Below, in pieces: positions 19,356-29,246 of a stretch of 64,000 nucleotides of DNA. The DNA comes from Rhodanobacter sp. (lineage in GTDB: Bacteria > Pseudomonadota > Gammaproteobacteria > Xanthomonadales > Rhodanobacteraceae): contig JBEPVP010000002.1 of NCBI GenBank assembly GCA_041690935.1, positions 5,718 through 69,717 of the forward strand. The letters run 5' to 3'. Positions within the stretch are counted from its first letter, which is position 1, and every line of letters starts with the position of its first letter. The translations under genes were made by a program, and so were the position numbers. Below the pieces are notes generated by a model. That model worked only from the letters and a program-made list of their open reading frames with translations. It was not told where the DNA came from and ran no database searches.

Positions 19356-20414
19356 ATGGCCACGGAAAGCACCCACCCTGTCCATCGCAAGATCACCCTC
19401 AATGACATCGCCAGGGAATGCGATGTCTCACGCGCTACCGTCTCGCTGGTGCTGCGCGGCAGTCCGCTGGTGAACAAGCACACGCGTGCCCGCGTCGAGG
19501 AGGAACTGCGCCGGCAGGGTTACGTCTACAACCGCGCCGCCGCGAACCTGCGCCGGCGTACTTCGTCCAGCATCGCGCTGGTATTGAACGATCTGGCCAA
19601 TCCGTTCTTCGCCGAGTTCGCCGCGGGCGTCGACGCTGCGGTCGGCGATGCCGGTTTCGTCACCCTGCTCGGCTGTACCAGCGAATCCTCGACGCGCGAA
19701 CAGGCGGTACTCGGCTCGCTGATCGAGCACGGGCCGGCCGGCATCATCCTGTCGCCGGCCGAAGGCAGCAACGCGCAGCAGGTGCTGGCCGCGATGGGTG
19801 CACAGACGCCGCTGCTGCTGTTCAACCGCGAGCTCGGCGGCGACCTGCCCGAATACGCGCACTGGGATCTGCTGATGCTGGACAACCAGCGTGGCACGCG
19901 ACTCGCAACCGAGCACCTGATCGCGCAAGGTCACCGGCGCATCGCGTTCTTCGGCGGTCATCGCGACTCTAGCTCCTGTCGCCAGCGCCACGCCGGCTAT
20001 GCCGAGGCGATGCAGGCTGCCGGCCTGCGCATCGAACCGCACTGGCAGGTGGAATGTGCGCCGACCCGACTCGATGCTGCTGGCCAGACCGCGGCGCTCT
20101 TTGCGGCCGAACCGGCGCCAACTGCAGCAGTCTGCTACAACGACGCAGTGGCACTGGGCCTGATGCTGGGCTTGAACCAGCGCGGCCTGCAGCCGGGTCG
20201 CGATTTCGCCCTGACCGGCTTCGACGACATCGCCGAAGCGTCCATGAGCATGCCGCCGCTGACCACACTCACCGCCGCGCCGCGGGATCGCGGTCGCCAG
20301 GCAGCCGAACTACTGCTGCAACGCCTGCGCGAACCGGCGGCCAGCACCCGCCGCACCATCGCACCGGTGCAACTGGTCATCCGCGAAAGCAGCTGTCCGC
20401 CAACCACCGCCTGA
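19356..20414 (+). CDS. LacI-family transcriptional regulator
   Basis: HTH ITLNDIARECDVSRATVSLVL, hinge YVYNRAAANL, C-terminal TGFDDI and PPLTT. Confidence 0.95.
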   Translation: MATESTHPVHRKITLNDIARECDVSRATVSLVLRGSPLVNKHTRARVEEELRRQGYVYNRAAANLRRRTSSSIALVLNDLANPFFAEFAAGVDAAVGDAGFVTLLGCTSESSTREQAVLGSLIEHGPAGIILSPAEGSNAQQVLAAMGAQTPLLLFNRELGGDLPEYAHWDLLMLDNQRGTRLATEHLIAQGHRRIAFFGGHRDSSSCRQRHAGYAEAMQAAGLRIEPHWQVECAPTRLDAAGQTAALFAAEPAPTAAVCYNDAVALGLMLGLNQRGLQPGRDFALTGFDDIAEASMSMPPLTTLTAAPRDRGRQAAELLLQRLREPAASTRRTIAPVQLVIRESSCPPTTA

Positions 20415-20437
20415 CCTTTCCGCCCAGGGGAATCCAC

Positions 20438-21751
20438 ATGGCCTTCGCCACTGCGCCACAGTCACCCGCCACAGCTGGTTCATCCGGCCAGCGCTACACC
20501 GATTATCCGATGGCGCTCGGCGTGCTGACCACGATCTTCTTCATGTGGGGCTTCCTGACCTGCCTCAACGACATCCTGATTCCGCACCTGAAGTCGATCT
20601 TCCAGCTCGGCTATGCGCAGGCAATCCTGGTGCAGTTCACCTTCTTCGGCGCTTACTTCCTGATGGCGCTGCCGGCCGGGCGGCTGGTCGCCGCACTGGG
20701 CTACAAGAAGGGCATCGTGGCCGGGCTGGCGATCGCCGGACTCGGCGCACTCGGCTTCTGGCCTGCTGCCGGTCTGCACCTGTATCCCGCCTTCCTGGGT
20801 GCGTTGTTCGTACTGGCCACCGGCATCACGGTGCTGCAGGTGGCCGCCAATCCGTACGTGGCGTTGCTGGGACCGGAGGCGACCAGTTCCAGCCGGCTGA
20901 CCCTGGCGCAGGCACTGAATTCGCTGGGCACCACCCTGGCCCCCTTGTTCGGCGGCCTGCTGATCCTGTCGAACGTGGTCAAGAACCCTGACGAGCTGGC
21001 CGCGCTGGCACCGGCGCAGCGACTGCTCTACGACACCCAGCAGGCCCAGGCTGTGCAGTTCCCGTACATCGGGCTGGCCGTGGTGCTGTTCCTGCTGGCG
21101 ATCTTCGTGTGGCTGTTCCGTCTGCCGGCGTTGAGCGAGGCGACCGACAAGGGCGACCATGACAAGCACGGCTTCATCGAGGTCATGCGCCATCCGCATG
21201 TGCTGTTCGGCGTGCTCGGCATCTTCTTCTACGTCGGGGCCGAAGTGTCGATCGGCAGCTTCATGGTCAATTACCTGTCGATGCCCGATATCGGCCACAT
21301 GAGCGAACAGCAGGCGGCGCACTACGTGTCCTGGTACTGGGGTGGCGCGATGGTCGGCCGCTTCATCGGTTCGGCACTGATGGCGAAGTTTTCGCCGCGC
21401 AAGCTGCTCGCCCTGTTCGCCGCGATCAATGCCCTGCTGGTATTGACCACCATGCTCGGTGGCGGCGACGTCGCGGTGTACAGCATCATCGCGATCGGCC
21501 TGTTCAACTCGATCATGTTCCCGACGATCTTCGCGCTAGGCATCGAGCGGCTGGGGCCGATGACCAGCAAGGCCTCCAGCCTTCTGATCATGGCGATCGT
21601 GGGTGGCGCCGTGATTCCCTATGTGCAGGGTGTGCTTGCCGACCACATCGGCCTGCAGCATGCGTTCTTCCTGCCGCTGCTCTGCTACCTGTACATCGTG
21701 TTCTACGGCATCCGCGGCTCCAGGATCCGCACCTTGCCGCAAGCCGGCTGA
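20438..21751 (+). CDS. MFS sugar:H+ symporter (FucP/GluP family)
   Basis: FFMWGFLTCLNDILIPHLK, LQVAANPY, IFFYVGAEV, NSIMFPTIF, IMAIVGGA; multiple TM helices. Confidence 0.92.
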   Translation: MAFATAPQSPATAGSSGQRYTDYPMALGVLTTIFFMWGFLTCLNDILIPHLKSIFQLGYAQAILVQFTFFGAYFLMALPAGRLVAALGYKKGIVAGLAIAGLGALGFWPAAGLHLYPAFLGALFVLATGITVLQVAANPYVALLGPEATSSSRLTLAQALNSLGTTLAPLFGGLLILSNVVKNPDELAALAPAQRLLYDTQQAQAVQFPYIGLAVVLFLLAIFVWLFRLPALSEATDKGDHDKHGFIEVMRHPHVLFGVLGIFFYVGAEVSIGSFMVNYLSMPDIGHMSEQQAAHYVSWYWGGAMVGRFIGSALMAKFSPRKLLALFAAINALLVLTTMLGGGDVAVYSIIAIGLFNSIMFPTIFALGIERLGPMTSKASSLLIMAIVGGAVIPYVQGVLADHIGLQHAFFLPLLCYLYIVFYGIRGSRIRTLPQAG

Positions 21752-21800
21752 AGACGGCGTGGCGCTGCCCGAGCCTTTCCCCTTCCGAGAAATCATCCGC

Positions 21801-22781
21801 ATGGTCACACCACCCATCCTGTGCTTCGGCGAGGCGCTGATCGACTTTCATGCCGAGGGCGGCGACGGCCCCGGTTTCGCACGGCAATTCGTGCCTTTCG
21901 CCGGTGGCGCCCCGGCCAACGTCGCGGTGGCCGCGGCCCGGCTCGGTGGCACGGCACGTTTCGCCGGCATGCTGTCGCATGACCGCTTCGGCGACTTCCT
22001 GCTGGACAGCCTGCAGCATGCCGGCGTCGGCACCGACGATGTGGCGCGTACCGACACGGCGAACACGGCACTCGCGTTCGTCACGCTGGATGCGCACGGC
22101 GAGCGCAGCTTCAGTTTCTACCGCGAGCATACGGCCGACCTGCTGTTCCGTCCGGAGCACTTTCGCGCGGATACATTCCGCGATGTCGCGGTGTTCCATG
22201 TCTGCTCCAACAGCATGACCGACCCGGCGCTGGCCGCGGCCACGCGCGAGGGCATGCAGCGTGCGTACGGCACCGGCGCGCTGGTCAGCTTCGATCTCAA
22301 CCTGCGCCCGGCGCTGTGGCCGGTCGGCACCGATCCCCAGCCGCTGGTGTGGCCAGCGCTGCATCTGGCTGACGTGGTGAAGCTGAGCGCGGAGGAGTTC
22401 GTCTGGCTCGCACTGGATGGCGAGCAGGCCGCACTCGACCGGCTGTGGCTGGGCCGCACCCGGCTGGTGGTGGTGACCGACGGCGCTAAACCGCTGCGCT
22501 GGTTCCATCCCGATGCCGACGGCGAGCTGCCGTGCTATCCGGTCGACGTGGTCGATTCCACCGCCGCCGGTGACGCATTCGTCGGCGGCCTGCTGTGCTG
22601 CCTCGCCGAACTTGCCGCCGGACCGGACCGGATCGACCAGCTGGTCACCGAACTGCCGCGCCTGCACGCCATGCTGCGCTTCGCCGCCGCCTGCGGTGCG
22701 CTCACCGTCACCCGCCAGGGTTCGTTCGCCGCGATGCCACACGGTGAGGAAGTGCTGGCCTTCATGGAGCAGCAGGCATGA
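21801..22781 (+). CDS. PfkB-family carbohydrate kinase (fructokinase-like)
   Basis: CFGEALID, GGAPANVA, FDLNLRP, DSTAAGDAFVGG. Confidence 0.92.
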   Translation: MVTPPILCFGEALIDFHAEGGDGPGFARQFVPFAGGAPANVAVAAARLGGTARFAGMLSHDRFGDFLLDSLQHAGVGTDDVARTDTANTALAFVTLDAHGERSFSFYREHTADLLFRPEHFRADTFRDVAVFHVCSNSMTDPALAAATREGMQRAYGTGALVSFDLNLRPALWPVGTDPQPLVWPALHLADVVKLSAEEFVWLALDGEQAALDRLWLGRTRLVVVTDGAKPLRWFHPDADGELPCYPVDVVDSTAAGDAFVGGLLCCLAELAAGPDRIDQLVTELPRLHAMLRFAAACGALTVTRQGSFAAMPHGEEVLAFMEQQA

Positions 22782-24013
22782 GCACACCACCGGTCATGCC
22801 CGACTTCCGCTCCGCCGCGTTCCTGCGCAGCCACATCGCGCAGACGATGGCGTTCTATCATCCTCGCGCGATCGATCCGGCCGGTGGCTTCTTCCACTAT
22901 TTCAAGGACGACGGCACGATCTACGACCGCCGCCATCGCCACCTGGTCAGCAGCACCCGCTTCGTCGTCAACTATGCACTGGCCGCGATCGAGTTCGACC
23001 ATCCCGCAGCTCTTCACGACGAATATCTCGACGCCACCCGACACGGTCTGCGCTACCTGCGCGAGGTGCATCGCGATCCATCCACGGGCGGCTATGCCTG
23101 GACGCTCCGCGACGGCGCGCCGGAAGATCGCACCAACCATGCCTACGGCGTCGCCTTCGTGCTGCTCGCCTACGCCAGCGCCTGCAAGGCCGGCATTCGC
23201 GAGGCGGCCGCGTGGATGAATGAAACCTGGCAACTGCTGGAGCAGTATTTCTGGGACGCCGACGCCGGCCTGTATCGCGACGAAGCCGATGCCGACTGGC
23301 ATTTCAGCGAGTACCGCGGGCAGAACGCGAACATGCATATGTGCGAGGCGATGCTGGCGGCCTGCCAGGCCAGCGACGAACCGCGCTACCTGGAGCGCGC
23401 GTACACGCTGGCCGATCACATGACCCGTCGTCAGGCCGCGCAGGCCGGCGGCCTGGTCTGGGAGCACTACGATCGCGACTGGAACATCGACTGGGACTAC
23501 CACCGCGACGATCCGAAGCACCTGTTCCGCCCGTGGGGTTTTCAGCCCGGCCATCAGACCGAGTGGGCCAAGCTGCTGCTGATCATGGAACCGTTGCTGC
23601 GCGCGCGCGGACGTGAAGAGCGCTGGCTGCTGCCGACCGCGCAGAAGCTGTTCGACACGGCGCTGGCGCGCGCCTGGGACAACCAGTACGGCGGCATCTG
23701 CTACGGCTTCGCGCCCGACGGCAGCGTCTGCGACGACGACAAGTATTTCTGGGTGCAGGCCGAATCGCTGGCCGCCGCCGCGCGGCTGCACGCGCGCGCC
23801 GGCGTGGCCGCGTATGACGACTGGTACGGGAAACTGTGGGCGTATGCGTGGCAGCATTTCGTCGATCACCGCTACGGCGCGTGGTACCGCATCCTCAGCC
23901 GCAACAACCGCAAGTTCGACGACCAGAAGAGTCCTGCCGGCAAGACCGATTACCACACGATGGGCGCCTGTCACGACGTGCTGGCGCTGCTGCGTGCCGG
24001 CGGCCTGCCGTAA
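22778..24013 (+). CDS. AGE-family isomerase/epimerase (D-mannose isomerase / YihS-like)
   Basis: HLVSSTRF, YRGQNANMH, GFQPGHQTEW, KYFWVQAE, GKTDYH; overlaps the kinase stop (ATGA). Confidence 0.88.
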   Translation: MSTPPVMPDFRSAAFLRSHIAQTMAFYHPRAIDPAGGFFHYFKDDGTIYDRRHRHLVSSTRFVVNYALAAIEFDHPAALHDEYLDATRHGLRYLREVHRDPSTGGYAWTLRDGAPEDRTNHAYGVAFVLLAYASACKAGIREAAAWMNETWQLLEQYFWDADAGLYRDEADADWHFSEYRGQNANMHMCEAMLAACQASDEPRYLERAYTLADHMTRRQAAQAGGLVWEHYDRDWNIDWDYHRDDPKHLFRPWGFQPGHQTEWAKLLLIMEPLLRARGREERWLLPTAQKLFDTALARAWDNQYGGICYGFAPDGSVCDDDKYFWVQAESLAAAARLHARAGVAAYDDWYGKLWAYAWQHFVDHRYGAWYRILSRNNRKFDDQKSPAGKTDYHTMGACHDVLALLRAGGLP

Positions 24014-24039
24014 TCCACCATCTTTCCCCAAGGCACCGC

Positions 24040-26028
24040 ATGAAGAACCTCACGCTTTCCCTCGCTGCCGCGGTCGCCGCGCTGCTGGTCGCACCCGCGT
24101 TCGCCGCCAACCCGGCACCAGCGCAGTTCGATCCGGTGCAGACGTTCGCACCGTACAGCTACCCGCAGCCGCCCACGGCGTACCGCTCGGGCAGCGGCAA
24201 ACCCGGCCCGCTGTTCTGGCAGAACCGTGCCGACTACAAGATCAGCGCCACGCTCGATCCGGCCACGCGCCAGCTCAGCGGCAACGAGGTGATCAGCTAC
24301 ACCAACCACAGCCCCGACGCCCTCGATGTGCTGTGGCTGCAACTGGATCAGAACCGCTACCGCAAGGACGCCCGCGGTGCGTTCACCGGCGGCAAGTTTC
24401 CCACCGAGTTCACCGACGGCTATCGCATCGAATCGGTCGAGGTCGAGGACGGCGCCGGTCACCTGCAGAAAGCGCACTGGCTCATTGCCGATACGCGCAT
24501 GCAGGTGCAGTTGCCGAGCGCGCTGAAAGCGAAGGACGGCCAGCTGCGCCTGCACATCCGCTGGAGCTATACCGTGCCCGGCGAGTTCGGCGGCCGCACC
24601 GACGTCAATCCGAGCAAGAACGGCGAGATCTTCGAGATCGCGCAGTGGTATCCGCGCATGGCCGTGTACGACGACCTGCGCGGATGGGACACCGCGCCGT
24701 ATCTCAACAGCGAGTTCTATCTGGAGTACGGCGATTTCGACTATGCGATCACCGTGCCGTCGGACATGATCGTGGCCGGTTCGGGCGAGCTGCTGAATCC
24801 CGAAGACGTGCTGACCAGCACCGAGCAGCAGCGACTGGAGCAGGCGCGCCACAGCGACGCCACCGTGATGATCCGCACGGCAGCGGAAGTCACCCAGCCG
24901 TCCAGCCGTCCAAAACCTCGTGACCTAAAACAGCCGGGCACGCTGACCTGGCACTTCCGCATGCACAACACCCGCGACGTCGCGTTCGGCGCCTCGAAGG
25001 CGTTCGTGTGGGATGCCGCGCGGATCAACCTGCCCGGCGGCAAGACCGCGCTGGCGATGTCGGTCTACCCGGCCGAGAGCGGTGGCAAGGACGCGTGGGG
25101 CCGCGCCACCGAATACCTCAAGGCGTCGACCGAGTATTTCTCCAGACAGTGGTATCCGTACCCGTGGCCGGTGGCGATCAACGAGGCCGGCACCGCCGGC
25201 GGCATGGAGTATCCGGGCATCACCTTCGACCACAAGCTGGCCAAGGGCAGGAACCTGCACATGGTGGTCGCGCACGAGATCGGGCACATCTGGTTTCCGA
25301 TGATCGTGGGCAGCAACGAGCGCCGCGACGCGTGGATGGACGAGGGCTTCAACACCTTCATCGACGTCTACGAGGACGACGCCTTCAACCACGGCGAATA
25401 CGCGCCCAAGCGCGACAGCGAATACGCGCCCGGCGGCGGCAACCCGGCCGACGAAATGGCCAAGGTGATGCAGGATCAGGACGCGCCGCCGCTGCTGAGC
25501 GGTGCCGACATGGTGCCGGAGAAATACCGCCACCCGATCACCTACTTCAAGGGCGCATTCGGCCTGGTGCTGCTGCGCGAGCAGATCATCGGGCCGGAAC
25601 GATTCGACCCGGCGTTCCGCCGCTACATCGCCACCTGGGCATACAAGCACCCGAGCCCGTCGGATTTCTTCCGCTTCATGGAAAGCGAGACCGGCGAGGA
25701 TCTGGGTTGGTTCTGGCGCGGCTGGTACGAACACGACTGGACGCTCGACCTGGCCGTGCAGAAGGCCGTCTACACCGACGGCGACTATCGCAAGGGCATC
25801 GACGTGACCGTGACGAACCTGGACCCGCTGGTGCTACCGGCCACGCTGGAAGTGCGCTACGACGATGGCAGCAAGCAGACCGTGCGCGTGCCGTGGGAAA
25901 CCTGGCAGCAACACCGCAGCTACGTGATCCACGTGGCCGGTACACGCAAGGCCACGGCGGTGACGATCGACCCCGCGCATGCGCTGCCGGACGTGCAACG
26001 CGGCAACAATTCGCGGCCTGTCGAATAG
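24040..26028 (+). CDS. M1-family zinc aminopeptidase (secreted)
   Basis: GGMEYP exopeptidase motif; HEIGH followed by WMDEG zinc ligands; signal peptide. Confidence 0.9.
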   Translation: MKNLTLSLAAAVAALLVAPAFAANPAPAQFDPVQTFAPYSYPQPPTAYRSGSGKPGPLFWQNRADYKISATLDPATRQLSGNEVISYTNHSPDALDVLWLQLDQNRYRKDARGAFTGGKFPTEFTDGYRIESVEVEDGAGHLQKAHWLIADTRMQVQLPSALKAKDGQLRLHIRWSYTVPGEFGGRTDVNPSKNGEIFEIAQWYPRMAVYDDLRGWDTAPYLNSEFYLEYGDFDYAITVPSDMIVAGSGELLNPEDVLTSTEQQRLEQARHSDATVMIRTAAEVTQPSSRPKPRDLKQPGTLTWHFRMHNTRDVAFGASKAFVWDAARINLPGGKTALAMSVYPAESGGKDAWGRATEYLKASTEYFSRQWYPYPWPVAINEAGTAGGMEYPGITFDHKLAKGRNLHMVVAHEIGHIWFPMIVGSNERRDAWMDEGFNTFIDVYEDDAFNHGEYAPKRDSEYAPGGGNPADEMAKVMQDQDAPPLLSGADMVPEKYRHPITYFKGAFGLVLLREQIIGPERFDPAFRRYIATWAYKHPSPSDFFRFMESETGEDLGWFWRGWYEHDWTLDLAVQKAVYTDGDYRKGIDVTVTNLDPLVLPATLEVRYDDGSKQTVRVPWETWQQHRSYVIHVAGTRKATAVTIDPAHALPDVQRGNNSRPVE

Positions 26029-26067
26029 AATGGGCGCGCTGCAGAATCGCGGTTCACGCCGCCCGGG

Positions 26068-27846
26068 CTATGGGCCTGGCCCGGCGTCCGTTCCGGTGCC
26101 ACATCGTTCCGCCGAACCCGATACGGGCGGCGCGCGCCGCGACTCTGTCTTGCCGGCCACCGTCGCGACGAGGTCGCTGTTGATGGCCACGCATGCGTCC
26201 GCGATCGCGGCCACGCCGGCCCGATGCGACACCACGATCAGGATGGTCTGCGGCAGACGGCGCTTCAGCGCTGACAGCACCGCCGTCTCGGCGGCGGCGT
26301 CGAGCGCGCTGGTCGCTTCGTCCAGCAAGGCGAGGAAAGGCTGGCGCAGGATCACCTGGGCCAGCAGCAACCGCTGCAACTCGCCGCCGGAAAGCCGGCT
26401 CGACGAACTGTGCAGCGCCGTGTCCAGTCCGTGGAGCGAACCGGCCAAACGCCTGTCGAGGCCGACGTCGGTCAACGCGCTGTTCAACATCTCATCCGTG
26501 GCTTCGGGCGCAGCCCACAGCAGGCACTCGCGAACGGAATGCTGCCACGGTCGGACATTCTGGCTGATATAAGCACCATTCCGCACGAGCTCGCGGTACT
26601 CGTCAAAGCCGATGGGCCGCTCGCCGACGCGTGCCGCAAAGTCCTTGGGCGTCATCATGCCGGCCAAGACGTCGACCAGACTGCTCTTGCCGATGCCGGA
26701 GTCGCCGGAAATCAGGATCAGTTCACCCGGCACCAGCACCAGCTCGCCAAGATCCAGGCCGTGCAGCGGCGGCGCCAGCCGGAGTCGTCCGATGTGCAGC
26801 ACCGCGCCGGCCGTCGCCGGGTGCGGTGGCGCGGCGTCCGCTCGGGCCGAATCCAGGTTCATGTAGCGCTGCCACAGGTCGAATGCCGGCGCCGCCGAAC
26901 GCAGTTGCTGGAAGCTCTGCCGGGTCGACACCAGATACGGCAGCAAGCGCCCCAGCAGCAGGCACACGGCGATCAGCGACGCCTGATCGACCCCGTGCCA
27001 GTGATGGGCGAGCACGAACAGCGCCGCGATCCCGACCGCCGCCAGTAGTTCAAGCAGCAGCCGGCCGGAGGCGACGAGCTCGAGCTGACGGCGGTAGCCG
27101 TGGCCAAGCCGTGCGGAGATGGCTGCGTAACTGACCTTCTCGGCATCCTCCCGCTCGAACGAGCGGACGTGGCGCAGGCGCCGCGGAAAATCCTCGCTAT
27201 GCCAGAACAGTCGCGTCATGTCGGCGACGTACTGGCGACTGACCTGCGATTGCTCGCGGCCGTAGATGCGCGATGCGAGCAATCCGAAAGCCACCAGAAA
27301 CGGTGCCGCCAGCAGCAGCGGCGGCGACACCCAGAACGCGAACGCCAGGCTCACCGCCGCGGTGACCGCCGCCAGCAGCAACTGCTGAAGGGCGTTGTAG
27401 CCCTGCACGATGATCTCTACGTTGTGGATGAGCACGTTGGCGATTTCCGCGGAGGTCACGTCGGCCAGCGACACCAGCGGCGCGTCGATCAGACGCGCAT
27501 GCACGCGTTGCCGCAGGCTCATGCCGTAACGGCTGACCAGGCGGGCGCCCAGTCGCGCCGCCAGCCAGCGCAGCAAGGCGAAGCTGGCGGTGGCGGCAGC
27601 GAAGATCGCGGCCTGCATCTCGACGCTGGCGCTGCCGTCAAGCATGCCGCCGCCGAACGGCAGCGCGTGCCCCGGCTGCACCAGCGGCACCAGCAGCACC
27701 GCCGCCAGAGCACCAGCCAGCGCCGCACTCAGCGACAACATGACGTACGCCGCGGTCTCCGCCAGGTCGATGCCGGTGAGCGTGCGCGCGAGCGAACGCA
27801 ACAGGCCAAAGGCTTGATCAGGTGCGTGCGACGGTGGCCCTGACAT
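26068..27846 (-). CDS. fused ABC exporter (TMD + NBD)
   Basis: Several TM segments; Walker A GDSGIGKS, signature LSGGELQR, Walker B LLDEATS, H-loop VSHR. Start uncertain (27846 or 27951). Confidence 0.85.
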   Translation of the reverse strand: MSGPPSHAPDQAFGLLRSLARTLTGIDLAETAAYVMLSLSAALAGALAAVLLVPLVQPGHALPFGGGMLDGSASVEMQAAIFAAATASFALLRWLAARLGARLVSRYGMSLRQRVHARLIDAPLVSLADVTSAEIANVLIHNVEIIVQGYNALQQLLLAAVTAAVSLAFAFWVSPPLLLAAPFLVAFGLLASRIYGREQSQVSRQYVADMTRLFWHSEDFPRRLRHVRSFEREDAEKVSYAAISARLGHGYRRQLELVASGRLLLELLAAVGIAALFVLAHHWHGVDQASLIAVCLLLGRLLPYLVSTRQSFQQLRSAAPAFDLWQRYMNLDSARADAAPPHPATAGAVLHIGRLRLAPPLHGLDLGELVLVPGELILISGDSGIGKSSLVDVLAGMMTPKDFAARVGERPIGFDEYRELVRNGAYISQNVRPWQHSVRECLLWAAPEATDEMLNSALTDVGLDRRLAGSLHGLDTALHSSSSRLSGGELQRLLLAQVILRQPFLALLDEATSALDAAAETAVLSALKRRLPQTILIVVSHRAGVAAIADACVAINSDLVATVAGKTESRRAPPVSGSAERCGTGTDAGPGP

Positions 27847-27964
27847 CGATGCCTTGTTGCGATCCAGGACGGTGCTGCTGCAGGCCGGAGTTCCCATGCC
27901 GGTGAGTGCCGCCGGCAGCGCGGAAGGTTGCCGCGGCGCCAGTGCCGGCATCAATCGACAGGTA

Positions 27965-28993
27965 TTAATCGAGCAGGCGCCACAACGCGTCGACCGACGC
28001 GCGCGGATGCCGCCCGCGGCGCAATTCGTGGACGCCCTTCTGCAGCAGCCGCTGCTCGAAGCGCTGCCAGCCCGGCTGGCCGGCCGCATACGGCTGGTCG
28101 GCTGCCAGGCGTGCCGCGATTTCTTCGCGCGGCATCGGGCGCAACAGCACCGCGGGATCGGCCGCCAGCTGACTGGAAACGTAGACCGCGCCGGCCAGCT
28201 CCAGCGGCGCCGCCGCGAGCCGGCCATGACCCCGTCGCAGGTCGGCCTCCAGCTTCTCGACCCCGCTGCGGCGGCGGATGATCGGCGCCTCGCTGATCCA
28301 GCGCAGCGTTTCGGTGTCGTCGACGAATTGCAGCGCGTCGGCCTGCACATGCAGGTAGTTGGCGACGCCGGTCGCGAGCAGGCTCTCCGGCTGCACGAAG
28401 ACGGCGTCCTCGGCGAGAAAGTCCAGGCCTTGCAACAGGCTGTGCAAAGCCAGCGTCGATTTGCCCGAGCCGCTGGCGCCCAGCAACAGGATGCCGCGCC
28501 CGTGCCGGCCGACGCAGGCGCCATGCAGCGGCACCAGACCCAGCCCGCGCGTCGCCAGGGTGAACACCGCGAATTCGATCAGCTCGTAGCGCAGGTGATA
28601 GGGCCGGTCCAGCATGTCTTCCGATGCCACCACCAGGGCCCGACCCTGCGCGGGCGCCAGCACCACGTAGTTCGACGCATCCATGACGCCGCAGAGCAGG
28701 CCGGCGCCCGACTGCATCTGCACCGGCGGCGGTTCGGTGGCGCCGGCCAACGCCCGCCGCGGCAACAGGCGCAGCTCGATGTGGAAGGTCGGCGCGGCGA
28801 TCGGCAGGCGATGCCGCGGCAGGCCACCGTAGGCGGCTTCGACCTGATCCAGCAACGCCGCACTGCTGCTTTCGAAGCGGAAGCACCCGCCCAGGATCTG
28901 CTTTTCCGTCGCGAGGCGGTGGCCTGATCGCTCGCGGAAAGGGTCGGCATCGGCATCGCGCGCGCTGGAGCGGGGAATCAGGGCCATCGTCAT
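27965..28993 (-). CDS. HPr kinase/phosphorylase-related P-loop kinase
   Basis: LHGACV, GILLLGASGSGKSTLA and FLAEDAV follow the HprK-like catalytic pattern; no canonical HprK N-terminal domain recognised. Confidence 0.75.
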   Translation of the reverse strand: MTMALIPRSSARDADADPFRERSGHRLATEKQILGGCFRFESSSAALLDQVEAAYGGLPRHRLPIAAPTFHIELRLLPRRALAGATEPPPVQMQSGAGLLCGVMDASNYVVLAPAQGRALVVASEDMLDRPYHLRYELIEFAVFTLATRGLGLVPLHGACVGRHGRGILLLGASGSGKSTLALHSLLQGLDFLAEDAVFVQPESLLATGVANYLHVQADALQFVDDTETLRWISEAPIIRRRSGVEKLEADLRRGHGRLAAAPLELAGAVYVSSQLAADPAVLLRPMPREEIAARLAADQPYAAGQPGWQRFEQRLLQKGVHELRRGRHPRASVDALWRLLD

Positions 28994-29246
28994 CGATCGA
29001 AGGTTTCCGCCAGGTTGATGTCGCGCCGCGGCATCCGGGTCGTTGCGTGGATGAGTGCGATTTCCGCCGGGAAAGGTTGCGCCTGCGCCAGCGCTCGATC
29101 GTTCCGCGGATGCGCGCGAGCGACGGATATTTCCGCCACTAGGCAACCGAAGCTGCACTCCCGGGCACTCACGTCCTGACAGCGCGTTGATCGATGCGCC
29201 GCCGTGCTGCCGCCGCCGCTACCCCGGTTACGAGGCCCGCTCCGAG

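Noticed and set aside
26068-28524. 818-aa ABC transporter as listed in the ORF track (likewise 43825-46089, 38880-40292, 35124-36485, 62519-63430)
   Set aside because: The N-terminal extensions are alternative frames of the upstream genes; downstream starts with coupled stop/start or RBS were used instead.
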